Positions 20,076 to 29,708 of a DNA stretch of 64,000 nt are shown one piece after another. Positions within the stretch are counted from its first letter, which is position 1. Each line of letters starts with the position of its first letter. Origin of the DNA: Candidatus Methanosuratincola verstraetei. GTDB lineage: Archaea; Thermoproteota; Methanomethylicia; Methanomethylicales; Methanomethylicaceae. The DNA lies in NCBI GenBank assembly GCA_049570475.1, contig CP186953.1, forward strand, positions 32,001-96,000, given 5' to 3'. The notes under the pieces were generated by a model that did no database searches, was not told the DNA's origin, and saw only the letters and a program-made list of their open reading frames with translations. The translations under genes and the position numbers were made by a program.

Positions 20076-20621
20076 ATGGCAAAGCTGAAACTTGATGATG
20101 TCCCAACTTGGTCGGAAGTCGGCGAGTTCCTGGACAGGATAAGGGCCCTGTACAGGAAGAAGGAGATAAGCCTCAGGGACTTCGTCCTGATGAGCCTCTA
20201 TCCGACTACAGGCATGAAGACGTCCGAGCTTCTCTCGATCAGGAAAGGGGACATTGATTTCCAGCAGGGGGTAGTCCGTGTCGGGCAGGAGGGGGATAAG
20301 CGCGAGGTTCTGATAATGCCCTCGATACTGCCCTATCTCAAGGACCATGCAAAGGACAAGAGAGCAGAGGAAAGGATCTTTGGGCTGACCCGCAGGCAAG
20401 CCCTCAACATAAACCACAAGTACACCGAGATGATCCTCGGGAGGAGGATAAGGGTCGCTAGTTGGAGGCATGCCTTCGCGATCCGGCTGCTGGAGACTGT
20501 GCGGGACCCCTCGATCTGCAGGAAGATCTTGGGACAGAGATCCTCGAAGGGGGTAAGCGCTTACCAGCAGATTTTGCAGAGGAGCCTCAAGGAGGAGCTG
20601 ATCAAGTCGATTGGCGGATGA
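20076..20621 (+). CDS. Degenerate tyrosine recombinase paralog
   Basis: Collinear with the upstream gene; TGMKTSEL, ASWRH, GQR, SAY. Confidence 0.82.
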   Translation: MAKLKLDDVPTWSEVGEFLDRIRALYRKKEISLRDFVLMSLYPTTGMKTSELLSIRKGDIDFQQGVVRVGQEGDKREVLIMPSILPYLKDHAKDKRAEERIFGLTRRQALNINHKYTEMILGRRIRVASWRHAFAIRLLETVRDPSICRKILGQRSSKGVSAYQQILQRSLKEELIKSIGG

Positions 20622-20667
20622 TGGGGTGGTCCCTGAGCTACTCGAGTTTCCCGCGCAGCCTTGCTTG

Positions 20668-22044
20668 TCAGCTACTCCTCTTCGCCAAGTACCGCTTCAG
20701 GATCGGCTTCAGCATGAGGATCCGCCTCTTGGCAACCTGCATGATCAAGAACTTCGGCCGCAGGTAGAATTTCCTGTAAGCCATCGAGACTAGCGAGCGG
20801 ATCTCCTCAGCAGTCATCTCGAAAGTCCGCATGACCGGCTTGATCGTGGTGAATTTCGACCAGTCTTCAGTTTCCAGGAGATTGTTCGCTTTGGCGAAAT
20901 CGTAAACCTCCGTTCCAGGGTACGGGGTCATCGCCGTGAACTGCGCATAGTCAATCCCCGATTGGATCGCGAATTTTATGGTCTCCATCGCTTCCTCCTT
21001 GCTCTCTCCAGGGGTCCCGATTATGAACGATCCGGTCACCTCCAGACCTGCTTTCTTGGCTGAAGAGATGGCTGATCTGACCTGCCCCAGCGTTATGCCT
21101 TTCCTCATTATGCGCAGGACCCTCTCAGAGGCGGACTCGATGCCCATGTAGAACATCAGTGCCCCGGCACGCCTGAATGCCTGGAGAACCTCGCTGGAGA
21201 TCGTGTCCACCCTGGAACCGAATGCCCAGGAGATGTCAAGTTTCCGGAGCAGCCCTGCCAATCGGAAAGAACGCTTTTTGTTTATTGTGAATGTGTCGTC
21301 TACAAACTCAATGAAATTTATCCGGTACTTGTCCACCAGTTCACTGACCTCCTCGACCACGTTCTCAGGGCTCCTCGCGCGGAATGTGTTGCCATAGATC
21401 CTAGAAGAAGCGCAGAATATGCACCGGAACGGGCACCCTCTGCTCGTGATCACATTCCCTATGGGCGTCCTTTCGCCGAGCGCTGTGTACTGCTCCATCG
21501 GCAACAGATGCCTCGCAGGGAAAGGGAGGCTGTCAAGATCCTCGATCAGGCGGCGCGGCCTGGTCTTTCGGATCTTCCCCCCTTCCCTAATCGCAATCCC
21601 GTCGACTGCATCCAGCGGTCTTCCATCCTCGACAGAACGCACGAGGTCCAGCATTGTGGCTTCGCCCTCGCCGATCACCCCGACATCGATCGCAGGGCAC
21701 ATGCCCATTGTCTCCTCGGGCAGGAACGTGATGTGACAGCCTCCGAGTACTGTAACTGTGCCTGGCATCTTTTGTTTTATTTTTGTGATTAAACTCACAG
21801 CATTGCCTATGTTTGGAGTCGTTGATGTGACTCCTATCACATCTGGCTTCATCGACTGTAACTTTTTAATCACGCCTTCTTGTGATTCGCATGAGATTGG
21901 TGCATCAATCATAGTCACATCATAGCCGTCCCTTTCAAGGACCGCGCCAATGTACGCCAGCCCCAAGGGCGGTGCATTCAGGCCCAATGCAGACTGGATT
22001 TCGAAACTCTGGTGGGCAGGAGGATTGACGAGAGCAACCTTCAA
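20668..22044 (-). CDS. B12-binding radical SAM protein
   Basis: PPLGLAY, GGCH, GEGE, SRGCPFRCIFC, PYPGT. Confidence 0.92.
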   Translation of the reverse strand: MKVALVNPPAHQSFEIQSALGLNAPPLGLAYIGAVLERDGYDVTMIDAPISCESQEGVIKKLQSMKPDVIGVTSTTPNIGNAVSLITKIKQKMPGTVTVLGGCHITFLPEETMGMCPAIDVGVIGEGEATMLDLVRSVEDGRPLDAVDGIAIREGGKIRKTRPRRLIEDLDSLPFPARHLLPMEQYTALGERTPIGNVITSRGCPFRCIFCASSRIYGNTFRARSPENVVEEVSELVDKYRINFIEFVDDTFTINKKRSFRLAGLLRKLDISWAFGSRVDTISSEVLQAFRRAGALMFYMGIESASERVLRIMRKGITLGQVRSAISSAKKAGLEVTGSFIIGTPGESKEEAMETIKFAIQSGIDYAQFTAMTPYPGTEVYDFAKANNLLETEDWSKFTTIKPVMRTFEMTAEEIRSLVSMAYRKFYLRPKFLIMQVAKRRILMLKPILKRYLAKRSS

Positions 22045-22164
22045 CCAAACCCCCCTTGATCATCTAAGACAGCATAGTATTTTAATGTAGGGCAGACGGT
22101 GGTCGAGAATTTTTAGCCAAAAGGAATAAAATTGGTGCACCCGCCATAATTTCCGCTGAGCAGT

Positions 22165-23457
22165 ATGTCCATCCAAGCGTATTCAATGGGTAAAAAAGAG
22201 ATCAAGGAAGTGCAGTCCAGGAAGCTTAAAGAAGTCGTCGCCAGGGTCTACGAGAACTCGCCCTTCTATAGGCGGAGGCTGAAGGAGGCAGGGATCGACA
22301 TCACAAACTTCCGTCCTGAAGACATCAGGAAGATCCCGTTCACGACCAAGACCGATCTGCGCGACAATTATCCGCTCGGGCTCATATCAGTCGATAAGTC
22401 CAAGATCGTGAGGATGCATGCATCTTCAGGCACCACAGGGAACCCGACAGTGGTGGCATACACCAAGAGGGACATAGACGCTTGGGCTGAGCTTAACAAG
22501 AGGTGCCTCGAGGTCTGTGGGGTCACGAGCGACGACGTAGTGCAGGTGGCCTACGGGTATGGTCTCTTCACCGGCGGGCTCGGCCTCCACTACGGGGCAG
22601 AGCGTCTAGGATCCAAGGTAATACCCGCGAGCACAGGCAACACGAAGAGGCAACTCAAGTTGATGAAAGATCTGGGCACAACAGTGCTGGCGTGCACGCC
22701 GTCGTATGCACTCTTCCTTTCGGAGAGCGCAAAGGAGGAAGGGATTGACCCGAAGAAAGACCTTAAGCTGAGGGTTGGAGTATTGGGGGCAGAGCCCTGG
22801 TCGGAGAGCACGCGGAAAGTCCTGGAGGAGGAATTCGTCCAGTCTGCGCATGACATTTATGGGATGTCGGAGCTCAATGGTCCAGGCGTTGCAATAGAGT
22901 GCAGGAAGAAGAACGGCTTGCACGTCTGGGAAGACCACTACTTCGTGGAGATAATCGATCCCAACACAGGTGAAGTTCTCGAGCCCGGGGAGAAAGGGGA
23001 GATGGTAGTCACGACGCTGGAGAAGGAGGGGATGCCGCTCCTCAGGTACCGGACGCGCGACATAACAATACTGGACGACGAGGTCTGCGAGTGCGGCATG
23101 GCTCATGCAAGGATAAAGAAGATCCTTGGCAGGACCGACGATATGCTGAAGATCAGGGGGATTTGCGTCTTCCCGAGCCAGATCGAAGAGGTCATATCGG
23201 GCTTCGAGGGGCTAACGCCATTCTACCAGCTCGTAGTCGACAGAGATGGCCCGCTGGACCGCCTGCTTGTGAAGGTGGAAGTGTCCGAGAACTTCAAGAG
23301 CGACAGGCTGACAGAAATAGTCGACCTCCAGAAGCGCCTCGAGGAAGAGCTAAGGGATGTGCTGAGCATAAGCGCAGCGGTCGAGCTCACAGAGCCGAGG
23401 ACGCTGCCAAGGAGCGAAGGAAAAGCTCAAAGGATAATAGACCTAAGGAAGATTTAG
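22165..23457 (+). CDS. paaK: Phenylacetate-CoA ligase family protein
   Basis: HASSGTTGNPT, YGYGLFTGG, YGMSE, LLRYRTRD, GRTDDM, GKAQRIID. Confidence 0.9.
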   Translation: MSIQAYSMGKKEIKEVQSRKLKEVVARVYENSPFYRRRLKEAGIDITNFRPEDIRKIPFTTKTDLRDNYPLGLISVDKSKIVRMHASSGTTGNPTVVAYTKRDIDAWAELNKRCLEVCGVTSDDVVQVAYGYGLFTGGLGLHYGAERLGSKVIPASTGNTKRQLKLMKDLGTTVLACTPSYALFLSESAKEEGIDPKKDLKLRVGVLGAEPWSESTRKVLEEEFVQSAHDIYGMSELNGPGVAIECRKKNGLHVWEDHYFVEIIDPNTGEVLEPGEKGEMVVTTLEKEGMPLLRYRTRDITILDDEVCECGMAHARIKKILGRTDDMLKIRGICVFPSQIEEVISGFEGLTPFYQLVVDRDGPLDRLLVKVEVSENFKSDRLTEIVDLQKRLEEELRDVLSISAAVELTEPRTLPRSEGKAQRIIDLRKI

Positions 23458-23468
23458 GGGGATTTTTG

Positions 23469-23846
23469 ATGGTCAAGCAGTTCAGCATATTCCTCGAGAA
23501 CAAGCCAGGAAGGCTCTCGAATTTGATCGATTTATTTGAAAGGAACCAGATAAGGGTCCTCGCAATGGGCATAGCCGAGGCGGGGAACTATGGCATCGTG
23601 AGGTGCATACTGGATGCCCCGGAGAAGGCTGTAGAAGCGCTTAGAAACGCCAACACTGCAGTGAACCTGGTCGAAGTGCTAATAATAGACATGGAAGATC
23701 TCCACAACGCGGTCAAGGTCCTCGGCGAGAAAGGCATCAATGTCGACTATGCGTACACAATGGACTTGGGCAGGATAGTTATAAAGGTCGACGACGAGTC
23801 GAAAGCCAAGAATGCGCTATCCGAGGCGGGGATCAAGACTTACTGA
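23469..23846 (+). CDS. ACT-domain protein (paaK-associated)
   Basis: KQFSIFLENKPGRL...INVDYAY; real start is ATG 23469. Confidence 0.88.
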   Translation: MVKQFSIFLENKPGRLSNLIDLFERNQIRVLAMGIAEAGNYGIVRCILDAPEKAVEALRNANTAVNLVEVLIIDMEDLHNAVKVLGEKGINVDYAYTMDLGRIVIKVDDESKAKNALSEAGIKTY

Positions 23847-24201
23847 GATCGATCTCCCTTCCTCCGCCCCTTTCATAAGTAACGCACTGCGAAGGGAACC
23901 TCTCCAGGAGCGTCTTTGAGACCAAACCTGCCTCAGTCCATCCGCACATCGCCACGCCACAGGGCACAATGCAGTTCGGGTGCACGTTGTTCTCGGTGGC
24001 CTTGACGTAAATGGGGTTCTCGCAGATCCTCCTCGTGATCTCCCTTACCTTCAGCGGTGACGAGGACAAAGCCTTGCCAAAGTCATTCACGAGAGGGCAG
24101 GACGACTCGACAACAAACGAGATTGATCCAGCCTCGAATGTGGCAACCACCCTGCTTTTGTGGTTGCACACGTTTGAGTCCAGAACGAACGAAGTAGCCA
24201 T
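23833..24201 (-). CDS. Small Cys-containing hypothetical protein (DUF6951-like)
   Basis: VC..., SSCP, HPNCIVPCG..EAGL pattern. Confidence 0.6.
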   Translation of the reverse strand: MATSFVLDSNVCNHKSRVVATFEAGSISFVVESSCPLVNDFGKALSSSPLKVREITRRICENPIYVKATENNVHPNCIVPCGVAMCGWTEAGLVSKTLLERFPSQCVTYERGGGREIDLSKS

Positions 24202-24466
24202 TAGGATCAGATTAGATTGAACTGATGCATGTTATAATATTTCCTTTTTTTGGCGGGGCAAAATGAGATCATCAAATTGTGCAATTTTTTAAATTTCCCC
24301 TCTAGCTTCTCTATATAAAAGTAAACTGGTAAACAATATTCGTTTGGGGCGCAAGCAAGAACTGTCATTACATGCATGCAAAAATTGATGGAAGATCGGT
24401 GCAGCAGATTTTGGTAAACCTTTTAAGCTCAGACCCATGTTAATGAGAAATCCAGAGATGGTAAAA

Positions 24467-24610
24467 ATGGCAAAGTGTTCAAAGTGTGGAACTGAGGTCG
24501 CAAAACCAGAAAAAACTTGGACGCTAGCACCCAAGGGCAAGAAGGCAGTAACTGTCGGGCTTTACAAGTGCCCAAGCTGCGGGGCTTTCTTTAGGGCCTC
24601 ATCAAAGTAA
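24467..24610 (+). CDS. cren7: Cren7-family chromatin protein, 4-Cys variant (47 aa, absent from ORF track)
   Basis: [47 protein letters not shown] matches the Cren7 core [26 protein letters not shown]; TATA at about 24420; T-rich tail after stop. Confidence 0.85.
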   Translation: MAKCSKCGTEVAKPEKTWTLAPKGKKAVTVGLYKCPSCGAFFRASSK

Positions 24611-24630
24611 TTTTCTATTTTATTTCTTTT

Positions 24631-25827
24631 TTATTTTATTTTTATATCATTTCCTTCCACTGGTCTGCTTTCTTTCTTGCTTTTCAGGCCTTCAGCGAAC
24701 CTGACCACCCTCTCGAGACCCTCCTCCAACAATTCCCGTTGGACTGCATAGCAGAGCCTGAAGTGGTTCCTGTCGTCTCCAAAATACTCGCCAGGAATCA
24801 CGGCCACCCCCTCGCGTTCCAAGAGTACCTCGCAAAATTCCAAGCTAGAGCAGAAGGCAGGGTCTATCTTCGGATAGGCATAAAATCCGCCCTCAGGCTC
24901 GGGGCATGCTATCGCGCCGGTGGAGTTCAACCTGTCCAAAACAATTTCCAGGTTGCGCCTGCAGTCCGCAAGGTTTCTCTCAAGGTATTTCCGGTAGACT
25001 TCAAGCGCCCGCAGGCAGCCGTATTGGGCGAATGTCGATGGGGAGCTCACTGCGTGCTCTTGGACCATGTGCAGGCGATCTACCAGTTTTTTTGGCCCTG
25101 CTGCGAAACCCACTCTCCAACCGGTCATGCAGAAGACCTTGGAGAAGCCGTCAGTCACTACCACCCGATCCCTTAGGCCTTCTATTGAAGCGGGAGATAC
25201 GAAGCGCCTGCCGCCGTAGACATAAGCCCAATCTATCTCGTCGGAAAGGACGAGCAAGTCATGGTCCTCTGCCAAATCTCTGACCAGCCTCAGGTCTGAC
25301 TCGTCAAGAATGCCCCCGGTGGGGTTGTTCGGCGAGTTCAGGACGATGGCGCGCGTCCTCCCATCGACCGCGGACTTGAGCGCCTCCTCGTCGAGATGGA
25401 ATGGAGCTTCTGCCCACACCTCAACTGTCCTTATCCCAAGCATCTCAGGCACTGCCTTGAAGCTGGTCCAGAAAGGCTTTATGAGCACGACAGAGTCTCC
25501 CGGGCAAAGTAGCGAGGCGAAGAAGGCGTAGTTCGCGAACTTTCCCCCTGTCGTGACAAGGATCTCGTCCATGGAATATTCGATCTGCCGGGTCGATTTG
25601 AGGAAGGCTGCCAATGCCTCCCTGAGCTCTGGAATGCCCCAGCTCGGGCTGTACCTGAACTTCCCATTCGACAATGCCTGCCTTGTAGCCTCCACAGCCT
25701 CCTCTGGGGGCGGGAAATCAGGCTCTGCCACATCAAACCTTATGACTCCAACTGGGGGGGCGCAGCCCTTTTCCAGGAACGAGATCGGCGACGGGCAGAT
25801 TTTACCAAACCTTTCTTTGGGCATCAC
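24631..25827 (-). CDS. PLP-dependent aminotransferase class I/II
   Basis: EPDF, NSPNNPTG, SDEI, GFSKVFCMTGWRVG, PEGGFY. Confidence 0.92.
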   Translation of the reverse strand: MMPKERFGKICPSPISFLEKGCAPPVGVIRFDVAEPDFPPPEEAVEATRQALSNGKFRYSPSWGIPELREALAAFLKSTRQIEYSMDEILVTTGGKFANYAFFASLLCPGDSVVLIKPFWTSFKAVPEMLGIRTVEVWAEAPFHLDEEALKSAVDGRTRAIVLNSPNNPTGGILDESDLRLVRDLAEDHDLLVLSDEIDWAYVYGGRRFVSPASIEGLRDRVVVTDGFSKVFCMTGWRVGFAAGPKKLVDRLHMVQEHAVSSPSTFAQYGCLRALEVYRKYLERNLADCRRNLEIVLDRLNSTGAIACPEPEGGFYAYPKIDPAFCSSLEFCEVLLEREGVAVIPGEYFGDDRNHFRLCYAVQRELLEEGLERVVRFAEGLKSKKESRPVEGNDIKIK

Positions 25828-25883
25828 TATCTTCTTCAGCTAATACTGATATATAACTTCGGCAGAGATGAAAGTGACTGTGC

Positions 25884-26480
25884 ATGGCCGACACTTTGTG
25901 GGTGTACCTCCAGGGTTTTCTGACGCTGTTCATCATATTTGACCCCATAGGCAATGTCCCGCTCTTCCATGCCTTCACGAGCTCTTTTGAGGCGCAGAAG
26001 AAGATCAAAATACTGAACGACTCGGTGAAGGTTGCATTCATAATTTTAGCCGTTTTCGCGGTTATAGGGACCTACATACTCGATTTTTTCAACATATCGA
26101 TGAACGACTTCAAGATAGCTGGCGGGGTGCTCCTGTTCATAATGTCCATCGAGGGCCTCTTGGGCAAGGAGGAGGGGCGCTGGATGAACAGGGAAGATGT
26201 AGCAATAGTCCCCCTCGCTACCCCGCTCATGGCAGGCCCGGGCAGCATCTACACGGTCATGTATTTGATGCAGCCTCCAAACGGTCCTTTGGTGGCATTT
26301 TTCGCAATAATAACGAATGTCATCCTGCAGTGGGCGCTCCTGAGATCCTCTAACAAGCTCATGAAGGTGCTTGGAAGGGCGGGATCAACGATTATATCAA
26401 GGGTAATGGCATTCATACTATCTGCAATCGCGATAGGCATGATAAGGAGCGGGCTGGTTGGAGCATATATTGGAGGGTAG
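25884..26480 (+). CDS. MarC family membrane protein
   Basis: DPIGNVPLF, FKIAGGVLL, VPLATPLMAGPG. Confidence 0.92.
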   Translation: MADTLWVYLQGFLTLFIIFDPIGNVPLFHAFTSSFEAQKKIKILNDSVKVAFIILAVFAVIGTYILDFFNISMNDFKIAGGVLLFIMSIEGLLGKEEGRWMNREDVAIVPLATPLMAGPGSIYTVMYLMQPPNGPLVAFFAIITNVILQWALLRSSNKLMKVLGRAGSTIISRVMAFILSAIAIGMIRSGLVGAYIGG

Positions 26481-26529
26481 AGTCCGCGGCTGCACGGCTA
26501 ACAGTCTATGTCTTAATGGAGGTCTGAAT

Positions 26530-27315
26530 ATGTCCCTTGATTTCAGCCTGCCTTGCGGAGGCAACGAAAAGCTGAGGGCAATAGTCCAGAAGATCGAGAA
26601 GGATGAGAGGCTCAAGGCAATTTGGAAGTGCTCGAACATAATGGCCATCGAGCGGCTCGGGTATACCGATCACGGCGTCACGCATGTCAAGATAGTCGCG
26701 AATTCGGCTCTTAAGATACTCAGGATCCTCATGAAAAACGGCGTTGTGCCGGGCATAATGAAGGATTATGCGATGGGGAAAGAGGATGCGGAGGTTGTGG
26801 TCGTCCTTGGGGCCCTCTTCCATGATGCGGGCATGATCGTAGCCAGGCAGGGGCACGAGCTGTTCGGTGCGGCTGTCGCGATGAATGCGCTGTCGGCTAT
26901 ACTTGATGGCATCTACAGCCCCTATGACGCAATAGTTGTGACTTCAGAAGTGATGCATGCGATCGTGTCACATGAAGAGCCGCACAGGCCGCTGACTTTG
27001 GAGGGGGGCGTGGTGAAGGTGGCAGATGCCCTCGACATGGAAAAGGGGAGGGCCAGGCTCCCATTTGAGGCAGGGAAGATCGACATCCACTCGGTCTCGG
27101 CACTGAGCGTGGAAAAGGTGAGGATACAGGAAGGGATCGCGCCAGAGAAGCCGGTGATAGTTAGGATTTCATTGTCGAACTCCGCAGGGATTTTCCAGAT
27201 AGACGAGCTTCTTAAGCCCAGGATTGAGAGCTCAGGCCTGGGAAATTACATCCATGTCATTGCAGAGATCACCGGAGCCGAGGAGAAGAACATAATAAGG
27301 AAGTTCGAGTTCTGA
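26530..27315 (+). CDS. HD-domain phosphohydrolase (COG3294-like)
   Basis: RLGYTDHGVTH, FHDAG, ADALDMEKGRAR. Confidence 0.87.
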   Translation: MSLDFSLPCGGNEKLRAIVQKIEKDERLKAIWKCSNIMAIERLGYTDHGVTHVKIVANSALKILRILMKNGVVPGIMKDYAMGKEDAEVVVVLGALFHDAGMIVARQGHELFGAAVAMNALSAILDGIYSPYDAIVVTSEVMHAIVSHEEPHRPLTLEGGVVKVADALDMEKGRARLPFEAGKIDIHSVSALSVEKVRIQEGIAPEKPVIVRISLSNSAGIFQIDELLKPRIESSGLGNYIHVIAEITGAEEKNIIRKFEF

Positions 27316-27393
27316 TCCTTCGCTGGGCTGCATGGCCAATCCGCAGGGGGAAGGCTTTTTTGCAGGGCAACGCAATGATATATGGTGTGTTAA

Positions 27394-27642
27394 ATGGTTT
27401 TCAAGGCTACCTGGGAAGATTTTATCGCAGTATACAGGAAGAGCGGCCAGCCAGGGCTAATGCTCAGGACGCTCAGGTACAGCAAAGGGATGACGATCGA
27501 GGAGCTTTCTGCAAGGACGGGAATAAGCGAGTCAGATCTGATCGCAATTGAAGGCGGGGCAAGCGACCACCGGCTTTCTGAAGACGAACCGATAATCAAG
27601 AAGATCTTTGAGACATTGATTGTTCAAGAGGAAAAGGAATGA
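27394..27642 (+). CDS. XRE-type helix-turn-helix protein
   Basis: LRTLRYSKGMTIEELSARTGISESDLIAIEGG. Confidence 0.8.
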   Translation: MVFKATWEDFIAVYRKSGQPGLMLRTLRYSKGMTIEELSARTGISESDLIAIEGGASDHRLSEDEPIIKKIFETLIVQEEKE

Positions 27643-27775
27643 AAGATAGGGTGTTGCCAAGGAATTGAACTACTAAATCAGAACCTGATTCATCCAATTT
27701 TTTTACCAATCCCAAATCTGAATTCAATTCCAGAATAACTTATTTTATCCAGACAGGGAGTCATTATCGGCGCTT

Positions 27776-27818
27776 GGAGGGCTCAATACGGTTCCCACCA
27801 TTGAGCTTTCCTTTTTTT
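27776..27818 (+). terminator. Hairpin plus T7 tract (terminator-like)
   Basis: GGAGGGCTCAAT/ATTGAGCTTTCC 12-bp stem (2 G-U) followed by TTTTTTT. Confidence 0.55.
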
Positions 27819-27929
27819 GTTGTTGCTGTTGTTGCAATCCGATCGGGCACCGAAAAAACGCCTTAAGAAATCTTTTTAATGGATCATAGCTTTAGACGTC
27901 AAGCAGTACATCCGGTTCAGGGTGGTTGC

Positions 27930-28940
27930 ATGGACATCTCAATTATCCTGCTAGCGCTTGGACTTCTCCTCGCCTTTGTGATGTCCATGAACCTCGGAGG
28001 GAACGACGCCGCAAATCCCACGAGTGCAGCCATCGGTTCAGGAGTCTTGACGCTGAAGAGGGCTCTAGTGTTCTTTAGCATTTTTGTCTTTCTAGGGGCA
28101 GTCCTCCAAGGATCAATGGTCATGAAGACGATAGGCAAAGGGATTGTGCCAGAGATCGACATTGTGGGCGCTTTCGCGATAATACTGTCTGCGAACATAT
28201 GGATCTTTGCAGCGACGATGAGAGGGATGGCCATTTCGACGACACACTCGATCATCTGCGCAGTCATCGGGTACGGCCTCGTGGAGTTCGGACTCGGCGG
28301 CATAAATTTAGGCGTACTGGGGACCATAGTGCTCAGCTGGATCGCCTCTCCGCTCTGTAGCCTTGCGCTTGCCTATTTGCTCTTCAAGATGATCGACAGT
28401 TATGCGGACAGAAACGAAGAGGCGAAAATTCAGAAATTCTTTAGCTACCTCCTGATCGGGTCGCTCTGCTTCAGCGCTTATTCTTTCGGCGCGAACGACG
28501 TTGCCAATGCGACCGGGGTCTACGTAACCATAGCCTCGCAGATGGGGCATATTCCGGATTCGCTGGCAATGGTCGAGCTAGCCGTCTTTGGGACAATTGG
28601 CATAATATTGGGTGCAGTCCTCTTCGGTCCGAAGGTGATCAGGACCTTGGCGTTCAGAGTCACTAGGCTCGATCTCCCCACAGGGCTCGCGGCCAGCCTT
28701 TCGAATGCAATGGTGGTTTACCTCTTTACGACGGTGCCTTACATTCTGTTCGGCTACGGGCTACCAATATCCACCTCTTACGCTGCCGTCGGGGCAATCT
28801 TGGGCGCCAGCATCGCGGCAAAGAAAAAATTGAGCAAGAGCACATCAGTCTACCTGATCTCTTACTGGCTGATCACAGTCCCAGCGAATATTCTGTTGAG
28901 CGGGGCTGTTGTCTACCTGCTAAAAATGCTCGTGGTTTGA
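27930..28940 (+). CDS. Inorganic phosphate transporter (PiT family)
   Basis: GGNDAAN and GANDVAN signatures; ISTTH and PISTS. Confidence 0.93.
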   Translation: MDISIILLALGLLLAFVMSMNLGGNDAANPTSAAIGSGVLTLKRALVFFSIFVFLGAVLQGSMVMKTIGKGIVPEIDIVGAFAIILSANIWIFAATMRGMAISTTHSIICAVIGYGLVEFGLGGINLGVLGTIVLSWIASPLCSLALAYLLFKMIDSYADRNEEAKIQKFFSYLLIGSLCFSAYSFGANDVANATGVYVTIASQMGHIPDSLAMVELAVFGTIGIILGAVLFGPKVIRTLAFRVTRLDLPTGLAASLSNAMVVYLFTTVPYILFGYGLPISTSYAAVGAILGASIAAKKKLSKSTSVYLISYWLITVPANILLSGAVVYLLKMLVV

Positions 28941-29177
28941 GCCATACGTAAAAAGCACATTGCTTCGGTTGATCTTTACGGCGCCGAAGGCTGGATTGGC
29001 TTTATCACTGAGTGGTTGCAGATTTTCACGTTTGTTGGTATCAGGTTCTTTATATTTTGGTACAACTTCAGGAACCGCCAATAAATAAAAAATTGGCGGT
29101 CTGAAATGCCAGACAGTTCAGTCAAGGATGATAGAACTATATTTTTCAACCGCAAATGGTTGATTGGTTGATCGGGC

Positions 29178-29627
29178 ATGAGTTCAGACACGCTGTTTGA
29201 GGCTGTGTCGCATCCAATAAGAATCGAAATTGTGAAGGCACTGGCAGAAAAACCATTGCGCTTCGCCGACCTAAAGCGGAAGCTGAAAATCAGCAGCAGC
29301 GGCCTCTTGGACTTCCACCTCAAGAAGCTGGATGATTTGATAGCAGTAAACGGAGAAGGTTGTTATTACCTGACCGAAAGGGGGTACGCGGCACTCACCA
29401 CAATTGAGAGAGCGGCAAAATACCATAGGCTGCGATCAGCGCAAAGAAGGTCATTTTATTTGAATCTGATAGCCTGTGTTTTGCTGAATGTTGGTGCCCT
29501 TTTGACTGCAAGTCAAATGAACGATTACGCACCTTGGTATGCCATCATCTTGCCTGTGACCGTTGCTTGGTTGGCATTTTACAGCTACTGGACCATAGTC
29601 AAGAGAAGGATAAACCTGAGAGGATAA
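29178..29627 (+). CDS. ArsR-like wHTH regulator with two C-terminal TM helices
   Basis: FEAVSHPIRIEI..LDFHLKKL..YYLTERG followed by hydrophobic segments. Confidence 0.8.
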   Translation: MSSDTLFEAVSHPIRIEIVKALAEKPLRFADLKRKLKISSSGLLDFHLKKLDDLIAVNGEGCYYLTERGYAALTTIERAAKYHRLRSAQRRSFYLNLIACVLLNVGALLTASQMNDYAPWYAIILPVTVAWLAFYSYWTIVKRRINLRG

Positions 29628-29708
29628 GCAGATGCATTCGGCAACTCATTAATGATGAAAAACAGAATGGGTTGATTTTATTTTTAATTGCACCATGCAT
29701 TGATTTCT

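Noticed and set aside
19436-20668. Integrated provirus or plasmid around the recombinases
   Set aside because: No tRNA, att repeats, replication or virion genes; the flanks look like resident metabolic genes.
27655-27750. GGAATTGAA / TTCAATTCC as CRISPR repeat ends, or TTATCCAGA as a SAM-I riboswitch start
   Set aside because: No periodic repeats, and the rest of the SAM-I consensus is missing.
29651-29703. C/D-box sRNA starting at ATGATGA
   Set aside because: No proper CTGA D box or C' box.
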